From Octopus sinensis (lineage: Eukaryota): DNA of 9,312 bases. Where the stretch lies: the NCBI RefSeq assembly GCF_006345805.1, contig NW_021827960.1, forward strand, positions 1-9,312, read 5' to 3'. Positions 1-7,876 of this stretch are shown here, in pieces (positions within the stretch are counted from its first letter, which is position 1; the number at the start of each line of letters is the position of its first letter). The translations under genes were made by a program, and so were the position numbers. The notes below the pieces were generated by a model. That model saw nothing but the letters and a program-made list of their open reading frames with translations. It did not search any database and was not told the origin of the DNA.

Positions 1-30
1 CCATTTAGCTCTGTCAATCAGTGGTTTGAC

Positions 31-58
31 CTATCTAATCTGTCTGTCTATCTATCTA

Positions 59-94
<36 letters not shown>

Positions 95-98
95 CTAT
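31..98. repeat. (CTAT)n tetranucleotide microsatellite, imperfect
   Basis: Near-continuous ctat run at about 48-94 with a few ctaat/ctgt variants. Confidence 0.95.
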
Positions 99-135
99 CA
101 CTCAAATGAATTAATGTTGACAGACATACGTATTA

Positions 136-200
<65 letters not shown>
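136..200. repeat. (TA)n microsatellite
   Basis: Alternating TA with two interruptions (tg, aa). Confidence 0.97.
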
Positions 201-204
<4 letters not shown>

Positions 205-210
205 GGTTAA

Positions 211-358
211 ACAGACAGACAGGTCGATAGACAGACAGGCAGGTAAATAGATAGATAGAGATAAAGGATAGACATACAGTCAGACATACAGGTAGACATA
301 GATACATACATGATACATACATGCATACATACATACAGACAGACAGACAGACAGACAG
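211..358. repeat. Compound (AGAC)/(AGAT)/(ACAT)n tetranucleotide tract
   Basis: Degenerate runs of acag, atag and acat; purest acag run at about 336-357. Confidence 0.85.
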
Positions 359-360
359 TC

Positions 361-760
361 AATCAGATAGAAAGTATGAAATAGAGGAACAAAGGAGAAA
401 GGAAGAGAGTGAGAGCCAGAGAGAAAGTAGAAAATGAGCATATCTGTGTGTGTGTGTGTGTGTGTGTGGAGAGAGAGAGAGAGAGTGAGAGAGAGAGAGA
501 GAAAGAGAAAGGAAGATGGAATTTAGAAAAATGATATAGCTGTGTGTTCAGTCTAAATATTGGAAGAAAAGGACAAAAATGAAGAGAAAGAAATGAAGAA
601 AGAAAGCAAACATGAAAAAGGGAAAACATTAGGATGAAACTGATAAAAACAATGAAAAGAAGAATGGAGAAAAGGGAAACAGAAAAAGAAAGAAAATATC
701 AAGAAAAAAAGACAAAAAATTGAAGGAAAGATGTAGCAGAGAGCGAAATCTATCATATCT
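361..760. other. Purine-rich (A/G) low-complexity tract
   Basis: The + strand is overwhelmingly A/G (gaaa, agag, aaag). This explains the Phe/Leu/Ser-rich minus-strand ORFs. Confidence 0.8.
445..502. repeat. Compound (TG)12-(GA)n microsatellite
   Basis: tg x12 at 445-468 directly followed by a ga run at 469-502 with one gt interruption. Confidence 0.97.
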
Positions 761-1457
761 TGATCAATTAAAGTGAACGTTCCAAGGCAGAGCAAAGATA
801 TTCAGTTTTGTAAATGAAAAATGGCTAACGTACTGCGCAAACTTAACAGCGAACAAGCGAACGCCTAATGTCGGCCATGGAAGAAAGTTAAGCAAACAAC
901 GCCATCTCTTGGCGAAGCAAAAAGAGATTCATTAATATAAGATAAATCATAGCGACCTCTTATTAAATATAATCGTGTTTGCCTCTAAATAACATGGCTT
1001 CCCGTCGACGACAAATGCCCCGGATGACAAATCCGAAGCGAAAGAGGAATTCTTAATGGCGGGCGGTTTGTTTCCCGTCTTACAATAAAAAGAAGAACGC
1101 TCGGTTTAGATGATGATAATTCGATATTTTGATAATGTTGTTAAGGAAAAATAACAACAGAAATACAAGTCGTGTGTTGTGGGTTTATGTTTCGACATGT
1201 TATGCGGCCATTTGTATTGTAGCCATTATTGCCATACCGAGCTTGTACCTATCTGTACCTTTCCCTTTTGCATCGCTCTTGGCATCTCTCTCTATTGCAT
1301 CTCCTCACTTGGCATACATTCTCTTGGCATCACTCCTTCTCTGTCGGTTTTATAAAGCGAATAAGAAATAAATAATCAGACAGCCTCCACCACACTCAGC
1401 CATTCTCTTCTTTCCCCGCCACCTCTCCTTGTCTTTCGCTTTTCCTCCTCTACCCAT

Positions 1458-1565
1458 CTTCTTCTTCTTCTTCTTCTTCTTCTTCTTCTTCTTCTTCTTC
1501 TTCTTCTTCTTCTTCTTCTTCTTCTTCTTCTTCTTCTTCTTCTTCTTCTTCTTCTTCTTCTTCTT
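1458..1565. repeat. (CTT)36 perfect trinucleotide microsatellite
   Basis: 108 bp of uninterrupted ctt, counted from the sequence. Confidence 0.99.
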
Positions 1566-1593
1566 CCTGATTTATTTGCCTTTTTAACATCAT

Positions 1594-1829
1594 TGTTGTC
1601 TTTGTTGACATTAATATTGTTGCTACTGCTGTTGTTGTTGTTTATTGTAGAAGTAGTAGTAGCAGTTGTTGTTGTTGCTGTTGTCAGTCATTCTATATCG
1701 TCTTCTTTTTCTTCTTCTGTTTCATGGACTTTCCTGAATGCCACCACCACCACTACCACCACCACTACCACCTTCTTCTACTTCTTCTTCTTTTTCTTCT
1801 TCTTCTTCCTCCTCCGTTTCTTCTTATTT

Positions 1830-1876
<47 letters not shown>

Positions 1877-2092
1877 GTCGCCACCGGTGCTGCCACTGTC
1901 ACCGCCACCGCCACCACCACCGACGACGCCGCCACAATCACCACCAGCGTCACCACCACCAGCGTCACCACCACCAACCACCACAACAATCACAACTACC
2001 AATCACTCCTACCACCACCATGACACCGCCGCCGCCGCCGCCAGCACAACCACCACCACCACCGCCTCCGCCGCCGCCGCCGCGCCCCACCA
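1594..2092. repeat. Compound trinucleotide tract (GTT/GCT/GTA, CTT, CAC, (TAC)15, CCA/CCG)
   Basis: Successive triplet blocks; perfect tac x15 at 1831-1875; GC-rich cca/ccg blocks at 1877-2092. Several overlapping frames on both strands give homopolymer peptides, as expected for triplet repeats. Confidence 0.9.
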
Positions 2093-2176
2093 CTTCATCC
2101 CAAGCATATTCATACACACATGTCCGTTTCGAATGAAGTACTAAATCCAATTTAGGAATAGGTGAAACATTAGACA

Positions 2177-3310
2177 CAATCCACACACACACACACACAC
2201 ACACACAGCTACGCACATACACATACACACATATGTATGCCGCCGAAGCACACACACACACACACATGCACAGATATAAGATACACATAAACGCGCACAC
2301 GCACACACTCACATGAAAATACACACAAACACACAAACGCACGTATGCATACAAACATGCATACACAAAACACATACACATATACACAGACAAAGGCACA
2401 CATACACATACACACACACGCACACAAGTACAGACAGACGTACACACATACACATATGTTCATATGAACACACACACACATATTCATATGAAGAGACACA
2501 CACACATATTCATATGAAGAGACACACACACATATTCATATGAAGAGACACACACACATATTCATATGAAGAGACACACACACATATTCATATGAAGAGA
2601 CACACACACATATTCATATGAAGAGACACACACACATATTCATATGAAGAGACACACACACATATTCATATGAAGAGACACACACACATATTCATATGAA
2701 GAGACACACACACACATATTCATATGAAGAGACACACACATATACATATTGATGTGAACACACAATCACATGTGCATATCAACACACACACATATATTCA
2801 TATCACCGCACGCACATACGCATACACATCCATATGAACACGTACACACACATACACATATTGATATGAACACACACACCCCATATGCATATGAACATAC
2901 ACACACATACACACATTCATGGGAACATACACATACACGCACCCGTACACACATATTCATTTGAACATACACACACATATTCATGTGAACGCACACATAT
3001 ACACATATTCATATGAACATACACATCCAAATATGCATTTGAACACACACACATTCAAGTGAACACACACATACACACATATACGAAGACATACACCCGT
3101 ACAAACATATTCATATGAACACACACACACACATACACATGCATTCAAATACATATGAACACACACGCACGCATACACACATATACCCACAGACACTCCT
3201 TGCTTTGTAATGAGACAGGAGTTTCGCAGACATGTAAACAGACACATTCATACAATACACACGTATATTTGTATACGAGTACACACACATGCGCACACTA
3301 CACGCATATA
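2177..3310. repeat. (CA)n/(CATA)n-rich degenerate low-complexity region
   Basis: Pure ca run at about 2182-2207, followed by about 1.1 kb of ca/cata-rich sequence that contains the minisatellite below. Confidence 0.9.
2457..2740. repeat. 26-bp minisatellite, unit TATTCATATGAAGAGACACACACACA
   Basis: Unit starts at 2481, 2507, 2533, 2559, 2585, 2611, 2637, 2663, 2689 and 2717 (period 26, one 28-bp unit with an extra CA). A variant TGTTCATATGAACA precedes it at 2457-2470. Confidence 0.97.
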
Positions 3311-3332
3311 TATCGATATAGGAAGATGGTAA

Positions 3333-3865
3333 GGCGGCGGGCTGGTAGAATCGTTAGCACGCCGGGCGAAATGCTTAACGGTATTTCGTCTGCCGCTACG
3401 TTCTGAGTTCAAATTCCGCCGAGGTCGACTTTGCCTTTCATCCTTTCGGGGTCGATAAAATAAGTACCAGTTACACACTGGGGTCAATGTAATCGACTTA
3501 ATCCGTTTGTGTGTCCTTGTTTGTCCCTTCTGTGTTTAGCCCCTTGTGGGTAGTAAAGAAATAGGTATTTCGTCTGCCGCTGCGTTCTGAGTTCAAATTC
3601 CGCCGAGGTCGACTTTGCCTTTCATCCTTTCGGGGTCGATTAAATAAGTACCAGTTACGCACTGGGGTCGATGTAATCGACTTAATCCGTTTGTCTGTCC
3701 TTGTTTGTCCCCTCTGCGTTTAGCCCCTTGTGGGTAGTAAAGAAATAGGTATTTCGTCCGCCGCTACGTTCTGAGTTCAAATTCCGCCGAAGTCGACTTT
3801 GCTTTTCATTCTTTCGCGGTCGATAAATTAAGCACCAGTTATGCACTGGGGTCGATATAATCGAC
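3333..3865 (+). mobile_element. tRNA-derived SINE (family 1) with an internal 184-bp tandem array (2 full units plus 1 partial)
   Basis: A-box-like TGGTAGAATCG at 3343-3353 and B-box-like GAGTTCAAATTCC at 3405-3417. Units start GGTATTTCGTC at 3380, 3564 and 3748. Unit 1 vs 2: 7 differences in 184 bp; unit 3 vs 2: 10 in 118 bp (manual count). A second diverged copy lies at 7877-8004 (-). Resemblance to octopus SINEs is from memory only. Confidence 0.85.
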
Positions 3866-3890
3866 CACCACCATCACCACCACCACCATC
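3866..3890 (+). repeat. (CAC/CAT)n short triplet tail abutting the SINE 3' end
   Basis: caccaccatcaccaccaccaccatc immediately after the terminal ATCGAC. Confidence 0.8.
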
Positions 3891-4593
3891 GATAGCCACT
3901 ATTATTATTGGTATCGTTTATTAAATGAACAATTTTAATTATTTTATCTTTATTGGTCACTCTATCTGTTACAGACCAAAACCAATTCCGCCTTTACTCA
4001 TATCCTTCTGTCTTAAACAATAGCAACGAACGAGAAAAAATATCGTAAATGATCATATTAAACAACAACAACAACAACATGAACTGCACACGAAAATAAT
4101 GACACAAACAACAACGTAAAAAAATAACAATAATTACGACAGAAAAATAATTGAAATAAACATAAAGTTTCGAGTGAGTGGTATTTTAAAGACCGGAAGT
4201 GACAAAGAAATGAATAGATTTAACGATGGCGACAGGAAATAAATATCGCAGTTGTCCGGTTTGATTGAGAAAGGATGACATCTGCGCTGAAACTTGACCC
4301 TTGAAAATAGACTATAAAAATCACATTTTTCTGGAAGTATATTCAAATTGGAATTATCGATATTTTACAATTTACTTTAAATAGAAAAGAATGATAGCTG
4401 TAGTATTGGTTACAATGACGTATTTCGGTGTTTCACCGTCTCAGTCGCCATTACATTTCTAGCTGTGCTGCTCGGGGAATCGTTTGGATTCACCTTCATA
4501 AGGAATTTTAAGTCTCTTTGAAATCTGCTTTTCAATTGTGAAGGTGCATGGTTTAGTGGTTAAGGAATTCGGCTAGCGATCGTAAGTTCAAGA

Positions 4594-4971
4594 GTTCGAT
4601 TTCCAGCGACGCGTTTTGTCGCCGAGCAAGACATTTTATTTCACGTTAATTTAGCCCAGTGATCCGCAACCAGTATACCGTGGCACACCGGTATGCCACG
4701 AGACGATGCTTGGTGTGCCGCAGTGTCACCTGATTATTATTTTTGTCCCTATACTTTTAGATATTTTTAGTTCAGGTGTGCCGTTCGATTTCCGGCGGCG
4801 CGTTGTGTCGCCGAAAAAGACATTTTATTTCACGTTAATTTAGCCCAGTGCTCCGCAACCGGTATACCGTGGCACACCGGTATGCCACGAGACGATGCTT
4901 GGTGTGCCGCAGTGTCACCTGAATATAATTTTTGTCCCTATACTTTTAGATATTTTTAGTTCAGGTGTGCC
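4594..4971. repeat. 189-bp tandem duplication (4594-4782 and 4783-4971)
   Basis: Direct alignment shows 9 differences in 189 bp (about 95% identity) and 1-bp (G) junction microhomology. It spans the SINE B box/CORE start and the MITE left part. Confidence 0.97.
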
Positions 4972-5030
4972 GCCGAAATTTGAAAAGAATATAAGCGTTA
5001 CCGCAAGTGAAAAAAGGTTGCGGGGCACTT
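4846..5030. mobile_element. Non-autonomous hAT-like MITE (about 185 bp); truncated duplicate left part at 4657-4782
   Basis: TIRs CAGTGCTCCGCAACC (4846-4860) and GGTTGCGGGGCACTT (5016-5030), 13/15 complementary. Subterminal GGCACACC/GGTGTGCC motifs at 4871, 4901 and 4964; internal CGTGGCA-N8-TGCCACG hairpin at 4868-4889. The CAGTG...CAACC terminus resembles Charlie/Buster-type hAT ends. No transposase ORF. Confidence 0.75.
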
Positions 5031-6089
5031 CTCCTGTCTACTCACCTGGCAAAAATGAGATGAGTGATTACCTGTAATCCAAAGGGCCAGCTTTGTCATA
5101 CTCTGTGTCACGCTGAATCTCTTTGAGATTTACATTAAGGGTACGTGTGTCTGTGGAGTGCTCAGCCACTTATTAATTTCACGAGTAGGCTGTTCCGTTG
5201 GCTAGATCAACTGAAACACTAGTCGCCGTAATCGACGGAGTGCCACGTTTAATTTTTCAATTAACCAACTTTAGTCAATATCAAACGACTCGACTATAAT
5301 TTTTACACACTTTCACACCGATTGATGTTGACTAAGATTGCGAAAACAAGCGACCGAACGAAATCTTCCCCGAACATCTCCAGAGTATGCAACTAACTCG
5401 ACAGAATATGCAACTCAGAGTTTAGTGATCAAAGTGATGCGTTTTGAGCGAGAATTTGAAGCTCTTTGCTTACTTTTATTTCGTGTGTTCTGTGCATTCT
5501 GTGTCTTCTGGGAGGTTTGTTACTCCTTTCTAAAATTAACAAGCTATTTTTTAAAGGAGAAAAACTGTTCAAAACAATTGTCATTTTCCTTTATAACCGG
5601 GAGTGTACTAATGTAGAAAAGAATAATAATGAAGATATCTATTGGATAGCGTTTACTTCTAAAGTTCCAGTTTGATAAAAGTAACAAAAAAATAAAAATA
5701 AAAATAATTAGAAAGAATGAATATGTTTAAGAAAAGAAAGAAAGAGGAAAATGTGAAACTCATATCAGAATGTTCTGCATCTATGTTCATATCTTCACAA
5801 TCACTATGTTTAATAATATTATGTAATACAAAATTTTTGGCGTTTTGAAATTTACTAAACAATTCATATTCTTCATTTAAATATATCCCTGGCTGCGATT
5901 TGCTTATTGAAAACATAATACACCTATGTATATGCCTGTATGTATGTATACCAGGAAATAGATGGTAAATGATTTTATTTTTCATCCCCTTCGAGAATTT
6001 ATCCCTAATTAGTGGTTTGGACTTTAGCTGTTCCTTGCAGCGTAAGGGAGTCCTATGATGGAAACATCTTAATGTGTTTAAATGTACAC

Positions 6090-6115
6090 TGTATTTTGTG
6101 TGTGTGTATGTGTGT

Positions 6116-6158
<43 letters not shown>

Positions 6159-6268
6159 CATAACCACACACACACAAAATACATATATATATATATATAT
6201 GCGTGTATGTAATCACATGCATATATTTGTGTGTGTGTGTATATATAATATACTTACATATATATATA

Positions 6269-6328
<60 letters not shown>

Positions 6329-6357
6329 GTATGTATATATATATATATTATATATAC

Positions 6358-6429
<72 letters not shown>

Positions 6430-6450
6430 GTATGCACACTCACGCGCACG
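6090..6450. repeat. Compound (TA)n/(TG)n/(CA)n microsatellite region
   Basis: Long TA runs (e.g. 6271-6308), tg x10 at 6309-6328, ca x11 at 6389-6410. Confidence 0.95.
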
Positions 6451-6487
6451 CACAGACAATTCCATACATGAAAGACTGCATTACTGT

Positions 6488-6788
6488 ATTGATCAGACTA
6501 TCGGAGGTGGTTATACACCGATGGTCACAATGCGCTACCTCATATCATTGCGGCCTTCAAATCATGCCACTACGCTGGCTAGGCGCAGAAGCCAACATTC
6601 ACCCTAAACTGGACGCCAGTTCGTCACAAGGCCACCCATTTACAGCTGACCAACTTGAAATGGACTGAAGCAACGCCAAATGAAAGGTTTCGTCCAAATA
6701 AGACCACCACCGATCAGGAAATCGAAACTACGATCTCGGGATCGTGCCGTGTGAGCTTACAACTTGACCATTAGGCCACGCGCCTTCA
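6488..6788 (-). mobile_element. tRNA-derived, CORE-like SINE (family 3), apparently full length and diverged
   Basis: Minus strand reads GAAGGCGCG-TGGCCTAATGG (A box at 6768-6778, a full match to TRGCNNARYGG), then GTTTCGATTTCC (B-box-like, 6717-6728), then cgttgcttcagtcca...tcagctgtaaatggg (CORE-like). Head and core align with 4538-4650 and 5031-5060; the 3' half does not. The 3' boundary is approximate. Confidence 0.75.
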
Positions 6789-6802
6789 ATCTGTTTGCCC
6801 GC

Positions 6803-7130
<328 letters not shown>

Positions 7131-7187
7131 CTGTATATTTCTGTCATTACTTATATATTTGCATACGTACATGCATACACATGAATT

Positions 7188-7189
<2 letters not shown>

Positions 7190-7230
<41 letters not shown>

Positions 7231-7235
7231 ATATA
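7190..7235. repeat. (TA)n microsatellite within a TA/CATA-rich stretch
   Basis: Pure ta at 7190-7221, then interrupted. Confidence 0.93.
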
Positions 7236-7366
7236 GATGTATACATACATATATAACATAATATAAACACATACATATATTTATTTATATATACCTAAAT
7301 ATATATCTTTCTATAAAATGTGTGTGCGCGTGTGTTTATGCAAACGCGAATTCGCCACAAACGTAG

Positions 7367-7628
7367 TGATGAAGATGAGGATGAGAAAATTTCATCATTA
7401 TCATCATCTTCATCATTATGAACACCATCATCATCATCATTATTATTATTGTTGTTGCTGCTGCCGCTCTTGTTGTTGTTGTTCCTTTTCTTCTTCTTCT
7501 TCTTCTTCTTTTTCTCCTCCTCCTCCTCATCCTCCTCCTTCTTCTTCTTTCTTCTTCTTCTTCTTCTTCTTCTTCTTCTTCTTCTTCTTCTTCTTCTCCT
7601 CCTTCCTCTTCTCATCATTATTACCATC
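7367..7628. repeat. Compound trinucleotide tract (GAT, CAT, TAT, TGT, TGC, CTT, CCT)
   Basis: Successive triplet blocks; longest is the ctt run at about 7549-7596. Confidence 0.93.
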
Positions 7629-7876
7629 ATACCGGAGCGCAGTACAGTCGTTCTGTCTCATAATAAAAAGCAAAACCAAAAGCGAAAGCAGAGAAGCCAG
7701 CATAAATCCCCCTTCTGGGGGTTACATTAAAAGGTAATCTCACGATTGATTTCTAATTTTGGCAACAGGCCACCCACAAATTTGTAAGCACAAGAAGTAA
7801 ACGTCGTTAGAATCGATCTCATGACTCGTTTGGTTATCTGTGTGTTTATCTATTTATTTATTTATTTATTAATATA

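Larger units (their letters stand above)
4538..5253 (+). mobile_element. tRNA-derived, CORE-like SINE (family 2), interrupted by a MITE and a duplication
   Basis: A box TGGTTTAGTGG at 4549-4559; B-box-like GTTCGATTTCC at 4594-4604. Segments tgtcgccgagcaagacatttta and ctggcaaaaatgag recall the CORE/MIR motif (tgaccttgggcaag...ctgtaaaatggg). The body resumes at 5031. Candidate 9-bp target-site duplication TTTTCAATT at 4529-4537 and 5254-5262. Confidence 0.8.

Noticed and set aside
1593-2144. Pro/Thr/His/Tyr homopolymer ORFs resembling a mucin or extensin
   Set aside because: Five overlapping frames on both strands read through compound triplet repeats; no unique-sequence coding segment.
2481-2740. 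CRISPR-like regularly spaced palindromic repeats
   Set aside because: Spacers are identical CA runs, units are only 26 bp in total, no cas genes are present and the context is eukaryotic.
3333-3425. Possible tRNA gene (also considered at 4543-4605 and 6715-6788)
   Set aside because: A/B boxes are present but T-arm and acceptor stems do not pair properly, and each continues into repeat body sequence, so these are SINE heads.
3155-3487. 83-aa and 79-aa ORFs with partly protein-like ends
   Set aside because: The non-repetitive parts are translations of the SINE head on either strand.
3312-3894. ATCGATA on both sides of SINE family 1 as a TSD
   Set aside because: The 5' copy lies 14 bp from the element start and is only 7 bp long; not flush.
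5381-5415. 14-bp direct repeat CAGA(G/A)TATGCAACT with an octamer-like core
   Set aside because: Two copies only, one mismatch from ATGCAAAT; most simply a small local duplication.
5338-5985. ORFs of 92, 69 and 108 aa in unique AT-rich DNA
   Set aside because: No recognisable domain; non-ATG starts for two; composition follows AT-rich codons (F, I, K, N, L). A small exon cannot be excluded without RNA-seq or BLASTX.
5978-6007. GGGATGAAA on the minus strand resembling the Ac/Ds TIR
   Set aside because: 9-bp match with no partner TIR or TSD in the window.
7346-7355. 10-bp palindrome GCGAATTCGC
   Set aside because: Isolated, no context; compatible with chance.
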